Notes under the pieces: generated by a model | Seen by the model: only the letters and a program-made list of their open reading frames with translations | Database searches by the model: none | Told to the model about the DNA's origin: nothing | Translations under genes and position numbers: made by a program | Shown: piece after piece, positions 56,162 through 64,000 of the stretch | How positions within the stretch are numbered: the stretch's first letter is position 1 | Layout of the letters: each line of letters begins with the position of its first letter | From: Candidatus Collierbacteria bacterium GW2011_GWB2_45_17 | Lineage (GTDB): Bacteria; Patescibacteriota; Microgenomatia; UBA1400; MFAQ01 | NCBI GenBank assembly: GCA_001001485.1 | Contig: LCKO01000006.1 | Coordinates: 4,350-68,349 of the forward strand | Reading direction: 5' to 3' | Length of the DNA stretch: 64,000 nucleotides

Positions 56162-57037
56162 TTATATATTTTCGCTGGCTATGTCGGTTAGACACTTGAC
56201 GGAATTGGTGATGTTACCCAGGGTAAAAATGCTAATACCGTTAATTCCCAGTTCTGGAGTGTTTTTTTCGGCTAGCTCGGTTAGGAGGTACCTGGGTGAA
56301 AAGCCGGTAATCATACCTGTAGCCAGAGACATTGCTAATTTTGGTTTTGACTTTAAAAAGGCCATGGCGTCTTTGATACCGATAGTCTCTAAAACCTTGA
56401 CAAAGGAATTCCACTTCAGTTTTCCGAGAAGTCCGAGCTCGACCGGTAAATAAACACCTCTTTGTCTAATTTCCATAAGCCAATTAAAAAGAGTGTCGGC
56501 ATCGAAAAACATCTGTGTGACTATTTCCATTTGCACACCTGCCTTCTCGGCAAATTCTTGTTTCTGTAGTAACACTTCGATCGGATCCATATCCATTACC
56601 GGATTGCCTTCCGGGTAACCGCCAATTCTTATTTTTTTGGGCAATATCCCTCTAATTAATAAACCATTAAGAACATCTTCAGTCTTTTTGAAGTCTTCGA
56701 AAGATGGGTCACCATCTCCTCCAACAATGAAGGCTTTTTCCATGCCGGCGTTTATTAATCTAAGAGAGACCTCGTCAAAATGATCTTGACTATAAATACG
56801 TCTGGCGGCGAGGTGTGGCCAAACTCTTTTCATTTTTTCCGGTCCCAGCATCTCAGCAAAATGCACCGTCTCTTCAATACCGGTGGGTCGACAGGTGACA
56901 CTAATCGTATTGGTTTCGGGGATGATATTTATCAAATCCAAAGCCTTTTCGGTCGGTAAGACTTCGTAATTGGCTTCTGTGATCCACTGTTTTAGATATT
57001 CCGGAGGGGTAAGTCTTTCGGCTGATTTTTCGAGCAT
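56162..57037 (-). CDS. methylenetetrahydrofolate reductase-like TIM-barrel protein
   Basis: 291 aa with MTHFR-like topology. Assigned from overall similarity only. Confidence 0.45.
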   Translation of the reverse strand: MLEKSAERLTPPEYLKQWITEANYEVLPTEKALDLINIIPETNTISVTCRPTGIEETVHFAEMLGPEKMKRVWPHLAARRIYSQDHFDEVSLRLINAGMEKAFIVGGDGDPSFEDFKKTEDVLNGLLIRGILPKKIRIGGYPEGNPVMDMDPIEVLLQKQEFAEKAGVQMEIVTQMFFDADTLFNWLMEIRQRGVYLPVELGLLGKLKWNSFVKVLETIGIKDAMAFLKSKPKLAMSLATGMITGFSPRYLLTELAEKNTPELGINGISIFTLGNITNSVKCLTDIASENI

Positions 57038-57044
57038 GTTCAGA

Positions 57045-57479
57045 TTAATAAGAAACTATTTTTATTTCTCTCTGGTCATCACCGGTGGCTTTGAAGAAGA
57101 TATCGATTCGCTTTTGGGGTAGAATATCAATAAATTTTTCCGGCCACTCAATAACCATTAAGTTGGTAGGATCGTACCAGATTTCTTCAACATCAAAGGC
57201 TTTGATTTCAGCTATGGAGCCCAGACGATAGAGATCAAGGTGGTAAAAGGTTTTAATTACCGGATGGTTGGTGATCGGATACTCGCGCATGATAATAAAA
57301 GTGGGAGAAACCAAACGGGGAATAGTGAAGAAAGAAGCCAGTCCTTGAGTAAAAGTAGTTTTCCCCGCGGCCAGAGCCCCATAAAGACAGATGGTAGTCC
57401 CCTCTTCTAGCCCAGAGGCAAGGTTGTGGGCTATTGCTTGAGTTTCTTGAGCGGAGCTACTAATAAAGAGCTGTTCCAT
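57045..57479 (-). CDS. tsaE: tRNA threonylcarbamoyladenosine biosynthesis ATPase TsaE
   Basis: 'ICLYGALAAGKTTFTQGLA' Walker A and 'VSPTFIIMREY' TsaE motif. The start is taken at the Met of 'MEQLFISS'. Confidence 0.7.
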   Translation of the reverse strand: MEQLFISSSAQETQAIAHNLASGLEEGTTICLYGALAAGKTTFTQGLASFFTIPRLVSPTFIIMREYPITNHPVIKTFYHLDLYRLGSIAEIKAFDVEEIWYDPTNLMVIEWPEKFIDILPQKRIDIFFKATGDDQREIKIVSY

Positions 57480-57820
57480 AATTGGTGTTTGATAATGATT
57501 AAAGTGGAGATAACTAAACCGATGGAGTCGATGCCCACATCCCAAAGCTTACCGGCCCGGAAAGGCACAAACAGTTGATGAATTTCGTCGGTAAAGGCAA
57601 AAATTATGGAGAACAAAAAAGCTTTGGCCGGATTCTTTATCCCCACCGCCCGGTACATCAATAACATGAGCAGGATGTATTCCAAAACATGAGCAAATTT
57701 CTTGGAAAAAAAGTCTTCGGCGACGGTGCCATTGACGGGGAGGTCGGACCTCGCAGAAAAAGAGAACATCAGAATCATCCAGAGTATTACCGGCATGTAT
57801 CTCAATAGAAATTTTCCCAT
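57431..57820 (-). CDS. VanZ-like membrane protein
   Basis: 129 aa with 4 TM helices and the 'DEIHQLFVPFRAGKLWDVGIDSIG' VanZ motif. Confidence 0.5.
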   Translation of the reverse strand: MGKFLLRYMPVILWMILMFSFSARSDLPVNGTVAEDFFSKKFAHVLEYILLMLLMYRAVGIKNPAKAFLFSIIFAFTDEIHQLFVPFRAGKLWDVGIDSIGLVISTLIIIKHQLWNSSLLVAPLKKLKQ

Positions 57821-57829
57821 GTGATTATT

Positions 57830-58981
57830 CTAATCTTTTTTATGCCTAAAATACAACCAGCCACCAGAAACGGTGCTTAAGATAGCGCCAAAAACAAAAG
57901 TGTATTTGAGGATTATGTTACGGTTTGGATTTGTTTCCATTGACGTCGGTATTGATTCGGGCGGGATTAATCCCGCCCCTACAGGGGAATCAACAAGGTT
58001 GGCGGAATCGGTGGATTCGCCGAGGACCGAGGAGGGTGTTGCAGTAGCCTGCAAGGCCTGGCCTTGCAGGGGCTTGATGGATGGAGTTGAGGTCGGGGTT
58101 TTTGTAGGAGTTGGTGTCGGCGATTTTGTAGGAGTTGGAGATGGTGTGGGTGTCGGAGTAGGTGCAAGTGTCGTTTCTACAATATTTTTTGAGAGGATTG
58201 GATTAACTTCAAAACTTTCTCCAGAATTGAATGTTTTTTGCTCACTCCAGTCAGCGTAACCTTGTTTGACAAGCTTGATAGTATGGCTACCAAGATCACA
58301 ACTAACTTCGTTTGAATCGTCACAATGACAACCGGCGCAAAAATAAATTGACTCCGGCGCGTAGTGATGGGTATAACCACCGTCAACAAATATCTTAATG
58401 TTAGACAAAGTGGCTCCGTCGGAATCCTTGACAGAATTTATTTTGTAAATAGATTTTGCCGGAGTTGGTGTAGGAGTTTGAGTGGGGGTTGGTGACTCGG
58501 TGACGGGAGAAGCTGTTGGACTGGGAGTAGAGGTGGGGCTTGGAGAGGGACCGGCAACCGCTATCAAAGTAACGTCTGAAGATTGAGAAAAACTAGTACC
58601 ACTAGCAGTGTAACGGCCCACTTTGAAGTAGTAATCTCCAGCTGGTTTGTCCGAGTCGAACTTAAACTTCATCTGGCCGTTCCAACTCCCCGATTCAACT
58701 TTGAAATAACTTGACGGAGATCCGGATAAGTTAACCCACCCTCCAGAATTGTTTTTTGTATAGCCAAAGTAGGAGGTACTGGAGTCAGGATAGAAGAAAA
58801 CCCCCCGGATATATGAGGAACCACAACCGGAACATGTTAAAACCACGTCGACGGTTAATTCTTGGTCCACCATAATTGAGGATGGAACGCTTCCAGTGCT
58901 AATAGAGGAGGCGGAAATAATAACTTTTGGGAACAGAATAACCCAGACAAAAAGAAACAATACGGGCAGGATTTGTTTCAC
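57830..58981 (-). CDS. secreted/cell-surface protein with Pro/Thr/Ser-rich linkers and a C-terminal TM anchor
   Basis: Signal peptide 'LPVLFLFVWVILFPKVIISAS'. Tracts 'PSPSPTSTPSPTASPVTESPTPTQTPTPTP' and 'PTPTPTPSPTPTKSPTPTPTKTPTSTPS'. C-terminal hydrophobic segment followed by 'RHKKD'. Confidence 0.55.
   Translation of the reverse strand: MKQILPVLFLFVWVILFPKVIISASSISTGSVPSSIMVDQELTVDVVLTCSGCGSSYIRGVFFYPDSSTSYFGYTKNNSGGWVNLSGSPSSYFKVESGSWNGQMKFKFDSDKPAGDYYFKVGRYTASGTSFSQSSDVTLIAVAGPSPSPTSTPSPTASPVTESPTPTQTPTPTPAKSIYKINSVKDSDGATLSNIKIFVDGGYTHHYAPESIYFCAGCHCDDSNEVSCDLGSHTIKLVKQGYADWSEQKTFNSGESFEVNPILSKNIVETTLAPTPTPTPSPTPTKSPTPTPTKTPTSTPSIKPLQGQALQATATPSSVLGESTDSANLVDSPVGAGLIPPESIPTSMETNPNRNIILKYTFVFGAILSTVSGGWLYFRHKKD
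58045..58073. repeat. 25-bp palindromic element 'cctgcaaggcc(t)ggccttgcagg', in frame inside the surface-protein CDS
   Basis: A perfect 10-bp inverted repeat around one central base. A second copy lies at 59027-59059. Confidence 0.75.
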
Positions 58982-59026
58982 TAATTAAAATATAACAGAA
59001 CACAAAACACTACAAGGAGACTCCTC

Positions 59027-59059
59027 GTAGAGCCCTGCAAGGCCAGGCCTTGCAGATAC
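59027..59059. repeat. 25-bp palindromic element copy (intergenic, upstream of the surface-protein gene)
   Basis: 'gtagagccctgcaaggccaggccttgcag'. Confidence 0.75.
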
Positions 59060-59205
59060 TATGTATGCTTAAAAGTAAGCGCTTGCCCGTCTTCTGCTCA
59101 ATGGTTGTTATATGGCACTAAACGTGGTATAAATAGGTTAGACAGTAATTCCTCAATCGTGGGATTCCGGATGGTTTCTCATAAAAGCGATTGGGGTTTG
59201 TTGTA

Positions 59206-59841
59206 CTAAGGAAACAAAAAGCTTTCTTCTACGATGACTTTTTTAATAATGTCGTAATACTTTGAATCTCCCCGCTCGTATTTTCGGAATATTGACCATG
59301 ATATAAAATCTACTGCTTGTAACTGTTTTACTTGTCTGGGAGTTTTGACTTCTATATTTATTTTAACTTTGTGTTTACTAGTTACTTGAGTTTTTAAATA
59401 ACTTTCAAAATTTTGATTTAAAAAACGATTTGTCTCGCGCTTTGAAGCGATTATGGTAATTGTATTTGAATCAACAATTTTTTTTGAAAAAATTCTATCC
59501 AACAATATGTTGGTTACGAAATTGTACAAAACATGTTTTTCATTTTGGAGTTTGGTATATACCTTTGATTTGTTTAGACAAATTATCATAACCCTTGGTT
59601 TTAGGGTTACTAATTTAGACAAGAGTTTTTTTCTTGTTTTTGGAGATTCTTTGACAGCATGGAGTACTCCTCCAGAGAGTCTCTTCACCTTTTTTCGTAA
59701 ATTAGAGTGAGTTAGTTTGACAAGCTTTTCGATTCTTTTTTCTTCTTCGGTAAACAGAATTGTAACTATAAAATACTTTGATACTCTTTTTGTTTTTGAA
59801 AATCCTAGGTCGCCACTTTCATCTAAATATATCGTTGCCAT
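59206..59841 (-). CDS. DUF3800-family protein
   Basis: 'MATIYLDESGDLGF…YFIVTILF' DUF3800 N-terminal signature. Confidence 0.55.
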   Translation of the reverse strand: MATIYLDESGDLGFSKTKRVSKYFIVTILFTEEEKRIEKLVKLTHSNLRKKVKRLSGGVLHAVKESPKTRKKLLSKLVTLKPRVMIICLNKSKVYTKLQNEKHVLYNFVTNILLDRIFSKKIVDSNTITIIASKRETNRFLNQNFESYLKTQVTSKHKVKINIEVKTPRQVKQLQAVDFISWSIFRKYERGDSKYYDIIKKVIVEESFLFP

Positions 59842-59853
59842 TATTTTTGTAAA

Positions 59854-61077
59854 CTATTTAAGATGGAGGTAGAGTGTCATTTTTCCATTATTTTGGAAAA
59901 GCCGAACATTGTTTCCAAAACTGGTTGATCCTCTATAGAAGTAAGCCACACCATCGTCAACCGCCCTGACAATAGTATCATTCGATCCAGACAAGTCGAG
60001 TCCATGATGGAAATTGTCTCTATAATAATAAAAATACGGTGTATGTCCGTAACACTGGGTAACTCTTACTTCATTCATTGGCCATGAAGCAGAGCCATTT
60101 CCAAAATCTTTTGTAACCGATGAATTTCGAGTGTCGTCACAAGCATCTTTATAAAAAAATATATTTCTTCGTGAAAGAACGCTTTCTGGATTTAGACTTT
60201 TATCACCATACCAACTAATATCTCCTGTTGAATAATTAGAGTGGTCTTTTTCTGAAAGATTATAGTAACCGAAATGGAGATGAGCCCCCTTTGAAAAGCC
60301 GGTATTCCCCATTACTCCAATAATATCTCCCTTTTTAACATCCTTTTTGCCGGTAAATTGTGATGAAGCCAGAGATGTTAGCTCCGCTGTTGCCTCAGCT
60401 TTGAGGGATTGAAATTTCTTTTCATCATTCTGAAATTGAACAAGCAGGACTTGCTTGTCGGCCACTTGTGAATCAAGAACTTTTTTTTGCGAAATGAGTT
60501 TTGCCTTTAGTTTTTCAACTTCCTTTTGTTTCGTGACTTTGTCCTGTTTTCTCTGATCGTAGTCGAGACGCGAGCGTTCCAGCTCCGAAAGAATCAGTTG
60601 ATCCTTGGCCTTAATGGTATTAAGGTATTTTAATTTAGTTAAGAAGTCTCCAAATGAACTAGTCGAAAAAATCATGTCTATCGGAGTCACACGGGAACGG
60701 CGGTAGCTTTCTCTGACTCTCGCCAGATAGATTTTTCCCAGCTCGTCCATGGACTCGTTCACCGTTTCCAAAACTCCGCCTAAAACGGTTATTTCTTTTT
60801 CCAGAGAGTTAATCTGGATCTGGGTTCGATTGATCTCAGCCCGAGCAAGATTTATTTTTGAATTTAAGGTAGATATCGCTTGTTGATAAGTAGCTATTTG
60901 GCTTTCTGATGTGGAAATCTTCTCGTCACAAGCTTTACTTACATTGTCCCAAAAAGTAATTAATTGATCCGGAGGAAGCCCAGATTGTGGTTTGTCTTCA
61001 CAGTAAACAGCATGAACACCAGTTGGAATCAAAAAAGCTCCGAGGAGAAGAAAAAGAAAGATGAGAGTTTTTTTCAT
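59854..61077 (-). CDS. EnvC-like coiled-coil M23 metalloendopeptidase; the M23 sequence motifs appear in permuted order
   Basis: Signal peptide, then ~200 aa of coiled coil. 'GDIIGVMGNTGFSKGAHLHF' (normally the C-terminal M23 motif) follows directly after the coil. 'FHHGLDLSGSNDTIVRAVDDGVAY…MTLYLHLK' (normally the N-terminal HxxxD…HL motifs) lies at the extreme C-terminus. Confidence 0.6.
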   Translation of the reverse strand: MKKTLIFLFLLLGAFLIPTGVHAVYCEDKPQSGLPPDQLITFWDNVSKACDEKISTSESQIATYQQAISTLNSKINLARAEINRTQIQINSLEKEITVLGGVLETVNESMDELGKIYLARVRESYRRSRVTPIDMIFSTSSFGDFLTKLKYLNTIKAKDQLILSELERSRLDYDQRKQDKVTKQKEVEKLKAKLISQKKVLDSQVADKQVLLVQFQNDEKKFQSLKAEATAELTSLASSQFTGKKDVKKGDIIGVMGNTGFSKGAHLHFGYYNLSEKDHSNYSTGDISWYGDKSLNPESVLSRRNIFFYKDACDDTRNSSVTKDFGNGSASWPMNEVRVTQCYGHTPYFYYYRDNFHHGLDLSGSNDTIVRAVDDGVAYFYRGSTSFGNNVRLFQNNGKMTLYLHLK

Positions 61078-61979
61078 TTTGACCGCTTGACGAACCTGGC
61101 GGCGGCGAAGAAACTAGAGATAAAGGAAAGTATCAAGCCAAAGACCAGTAGAGAGAGAAGTAACAAAAGAATGACTTCGGGGCGGATGGGAAAGGAAATA
61201 ACCCCACCAAGTCTAGGAGCGAGGAAGGGGGTAGAGTAAAGAAGGGTGATGTAGCTTAATACCCAGCCAAAAAGAGCACCGACGAGACCGTAGATAACTG
61301 ATTCAAGGAGGTATGGCTTGATAATGTAGAAGTTCCGAGCACCGAGAAGTTTGAGAGTACCTATCTCCAAACGACGGGAGGAAATCTTCATGGAAATAAT
61401 AATCATGATGGTCAGAACGCAGACGATGGTCAGAGCGATGATGAGTAACAATCCAGCCATACGAATGGCATTGGTCCACTTGGTCAGCTCCGAAATGACA
61501 TCTTCGGGAAAGTCAATTTCCTTTTTGCTCGCCGGAGTCTCACTGACAACATCGGACTTTTCCAAAATGGAGACAATGGTTCCGAAAGACTTCGGATCAC
61601 TGGCGGTAATCTCGACACTGGCAGGCAGGATATCGGCGGTGACAATGCCCCAGTCGGTGACTGTACCCAAAAGTATCGGATCGTTGCCGACGCTTTTTTT
61701 ATAGAGCTCCAGTGCATCTTGTTTGCTGATATAAATGGCGTTTTTGACCCCTTGAGTGGAGGTGAGATTACTTATCAGGCCAGCAACCTGATCGGTGGTA
61801 TGGCCGTCCTTTAAATAAGCGATGATCTGGGGTTTGGTTTCAAAGTTTAAGAGTATGGAGTGCGAGGCGAGGGTGACCAGGGTAAAAATGCCAACGACAA
61901 ATAGAGTAATGGAGACGACAAAAATGGCGGCTAATGCTTGAAAGGGAGTGCGGCGGATATTTTTTAAAGCGGTGTTCAT
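61074..61979 (-). CDS. ftsX: cell-division ABC transporter permease FtsX
   Basis: 301 aa. N-terminal TM helix, periplasmic domain, three C-terminal TM helices. Confidence 0.7.
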   Translation of the reverse strand: MNTALKNIRRTPFQALAAIFVVSITLFVVGIFTLVTLASHSILLNFETKPQIIAYLKDGHTTDQVAGLISNLTSTQGVKNAIYISKQDALELYKKSVGNDPILLGTVTDWGIVTADILPASVEITASDPKSFGTIVSILEKSDVVSETPASKKEIDFPEDVISELTKWTNAIRMAGLLLIIALTIVCVLTIMIIISMKISSRRLEIGTLKLLGARNFYIIKPYLLESVIYGLVGALFGWVLSYITLLYSTPFLAPRLGGVISFPIRPEVILLLLLSLLVFGLILSFISSFFAAARFVKRSK

Positions 61980-62668
61980 TTATTTTTCGTTTTGGGTTTT
62001 GTAGAGTGAGATTCGGAGTCTGAGATTATCTTACCTTTTTCCAGCATAATTCGCCTGGCAGAGCTTAGATCGATGAGGGTGACGTCGTGGGTGGCCATGA
62101 TGACGGTGGTACCATCGGAGTTTATTTTTTTTAGCAAATTAAATATTTCAATAGAAGTTTCTTTGTCTAAATTTCCGGTGGGCTCGTCTGCAAAAAGAAT
62201 GGGTGGATCGGCCGCTATGGCTCTGGCGATAGCCGCTCTTTGAATTTCACCTCCGGAAAGCTGGACGGGGAAGAGATTTTCTTTTCCGGGAATACCAACC
62301 ATGTCCAACAACCGATTAATTTTGTCCGAAATCTTTTTTGGGGAGTAACCCCCTATTTCCAACGAGAGGGCAATGTTCTCTCCAACTGTCTTGTCCGGAA
62401 TTATTTTGTAATCTTGGAAGATAAAGCCGATTTTCCGACGAAGAGGTGGAATGTTTTTGGGCTTGATCTTGGAAAGATCCTCGCCATCGATAATGATTTT
62501 ACCTTTGGTGGGTAGCAAATCACGGATAAGAAGACGGCCTAAAGTAGTTTTTCCCACACCGGACTTGCCGGTAATGACCACGAACTCTCCGGGAGAAACG
62601 GAAAAATCAATATCGTCTAAGACTGTGTCACCAGAATAAGTTTTGGTGACGTGAGAAAAATCAATCAT
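61976..62668 (-). CDS. ftsE: cell-division ABC transporter ATP-binding protein FtsE
   Basis: 'GKSGVGKTTL' Walker A, 'LSGGEIQRAAIARAI' signature and 'ILFADEPTGNLD' Walker B. The start is taken at the Met of 'MIDFSHV'. Confidence 0.8.
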   Translation of the reverse strand: MIDFSHVTKTYSGDTVLDDIDFSVSPGEFVVITGKSGVGKTTLGRLLIRDLLPTKGKIIIDGEDLSKIKPKNIPPLRRKIGFIFQDYKIIPDKTVGENIALSLEIGGYSPKKISDKINRLLDMVGIPGKENLFPVQLSGGEIQRAAIARAIAADPPILFADEPTGNLDKETSIEIFNLLKKINSDGTTVIMATHDVTLIDLSSARRIMLEKGKIISDSESHSTKPKTKNK

Positions 62669-63189
62669 TTTGGTAGAGGCATGTTCAGATTTTCGACCTT
62701 CACACGACCAACATCCATCAACCAACCTGCCTTTTGACCTTTAAAGGTTTCTCCCCAAACAGTGATTTGGTGACCCACTAAAGTATCAAGATCGATAACT
62801 GAGCTAGTCATATAAACAGTTTGCGAGATGCCACCTGGACGGACTAGTTTGTGAGTACCCTCACCGTTTAGACCACCTTTGTCCAGAACACCGGTGGCTG
62901 AAGTATTGAAGGCTTTTTCGTCGGCCGAGCCATAGATATCTCCCACCTTGACGCCTGTTTGAGGAACTTCTGCTTGGATATTTTTTAAATCACCTGAAGT
63001 GCCACTCGCCAGTTTGCCGGAAATACGGGTCTTCAGGCTTGCCCCGATATAAAAACCAACGATAGCCACAACTAAAAAGATAATGACTGTCAGGTAATTT
63101 GATCTCTTTTCGACTACCAAAACCGGTTGGTCTATCGCCGGTTCGGTGCCTGGATCTAGTTTGTCTAGATCAATCGTCTTTATTTCCAT
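62665..63189 (-). CDS. hypothetical membrane-anchored protein
   Basis: 174 aa with one TM helix followed by an extracytoplasmic domain. Confidence 0.35.
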   Translation of the reverse strand: MEIKTIDLDKLDPGTEPAIDQPVLVVEKRSNYLTVIIFLVVAIVGFYIGASLKTRISGKLASGTSGDLKNIQAEVPQTGVKVGDIYGSADEKAFNTSATGVLDKGGLNGEGTHKLVRPGGISQTVYMTSSVIDLDTLVGHQITVWGETFKGQKAGWLMDVGRVKVENLNMPLPK

Positions 63190-63192
63190 AAC

Positions 63193-64000
63193 TTAGTTTA
63201 TCATCTTTAACTCCGACTCGATAAAACCATCGAGATTGCCATCCAGAACAGAGTCCGGATTGGTTTCTTCATACTGGGTTCTTAGATCTTTGACCAATTT
63301 ATACGGGTGGAGAACGTATGAGCGAATTTGATGTCCCCAACTGGCGATAGTCACACTGCCTTTTATCAAGTTGAGTTCTTCTTGGCGTTTGGCTTCTTGA
63401 ACTTCCCAAAGTTTAGACTTAAGAACTTGCATGGCAATTTTGCGATTGGCATCTTGATAACGCTGAGTTTGACACTCCACCACGATACCTGAAGGGAGAT
63501 GCTTGATGCGAACTGCGGTGCTGACCTTATTGACATTCTGGCCGCCGGCACCACTGGCTCGGCTGGCTTCGAACTCCAGATCTTCGTCGCGAATTTCAAT
63601 TTCTGTTTCTTCCGGAAGAAGAGGCATAACCTCGACCCCGGCAAAAGATGTCTGTCTCAGCTTATCGGCATTAAAAGGAGATTGACGGACTAATCGATGG
63701 GTTCCTTTTTCGTTTTTTAAATATCCGTAGGCAAAACGTCCACGAACCAAATAGGTAACGGACTTGATACCAACTTCTTCCCCGGCCGAGTACTCAATCG
63801 TCTCAAAAGTCCAACCTCTTTTCTCGAAGAAACGAGTGTACATCCGAGACAACATGCTAGCCCAGTCCATAGCTTCGGTACCACCCTGACCGGCTTTGAT
63901 CGAGACGATGGCTTCGGAAAGATCGTATTTTCCCGACAAAAAAGTAACCAGTTCGACTCTTTCGACACTTTTAACTAAGGTTTGAAAAAATATCTCCACT
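63193..64000 (-). CDS. prfB: peptide chain release factor 2 (partial; N-terminus outside window)
   Basis: 'RQSPFNADKLRQTSFAGV' SPF tripeptide motif and 'SGAGGQNVNKVSTAVRIKHLP' GGQ motif. Confidence 0.85.
   Translation of the reverse strand, partial: VEIFFQTLVKSVERVELVTFLSGKYDLSEAIVSIKAGQGGTEAMDWASMLSRMYTRFFEKRGWTFETIEYSAGEEVGIKSVTYLVRGRFAYGYLKNEKGTHRLVRQSPFNADKLRQTSFAGVEVMPLLPEETEIEIRDEDLEFEASRASGAGGQNVNKVSTAVRIKHLPSGIVVECQTQRYQDANRKIAMQVLKSKLWEVQEAKRQEELNLIKGSVTIASWGHQIRSYVLHPYKLVKDLRTQYEETNPDSVLDGNLDGFIESELKMIN

Noticed and set aside
63193-64000. Programmed +1 frameshift site of prfB
   Set aside because: The frameshift site normally lies in the first ~30 codons, which are beyond the window end. 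It cannot be assessed from this sequence.
1-64000. Alternative genetic code (UGA-recoding CPR lineages)
   Set aside because: Long ORFs are intact under the standard code. An RF2 (UGA-specific) gene is present. ORF density is normal.
1-64000. Diversity-generating retroelement targeting the paralog array
   Set aside because: No reverse-transcriptase-like ORF or template/variable repeat pair with adenine-specific differences is visible in the window.

Overview
The window looks like a Candidate Phyla Radiation (Patescibacteria/Microgenomates-type) genome, with the standard genetic code (UGA used as stop; RF2 present). Roughly 4.4–45 kb is one almost entirely minus-strand, tightly packed (frequent 4-bp ATGA start/stop overlaps) glycosylation mega-locus. 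It holds about 12 GT2/GT4 glycosyltransferases, two Wzx/MOP flippases and about 17 polytopic GT-C-type membrane glycosyltransferases, including a head-to-tail array of five ArnT/PMT-like paralogs at 12.9–21.3 kb. Downstream on the same strand lies a dTDP-rhamnose operon (rmlA-rmlB fusion, rmlC, rmlD). The 5' end carries an AbiEi/AbiEii-like pair, a B12-binding radical-SAM gene, a ferredoxin, a four-helix-bundle (23S-IVS-type) gene and a HigB/HigA-like TA pair. The 3' end has housekeeping genes (orn, trmD, tsaB/tsaE, ftsEX, an M23 peptidase, prfB partial). The most unusual feature is a set of short dispersed repeat modules that sit in intergenic DNA and also in frame inside coding sequences, including trmD and several of the GT-C paralogs. 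Three modules recur: 'gagattgccacgtcgc..ctcctcgcaatgacg', an AGAACTCA/AGAACTGA oligo-repeat, and 'cagatgtcagatg'. One four-helix-bundle gene is flanked by inverted copies of the AGAACTCA module. No rRNA, tRNA or CRISPR array was recognised.
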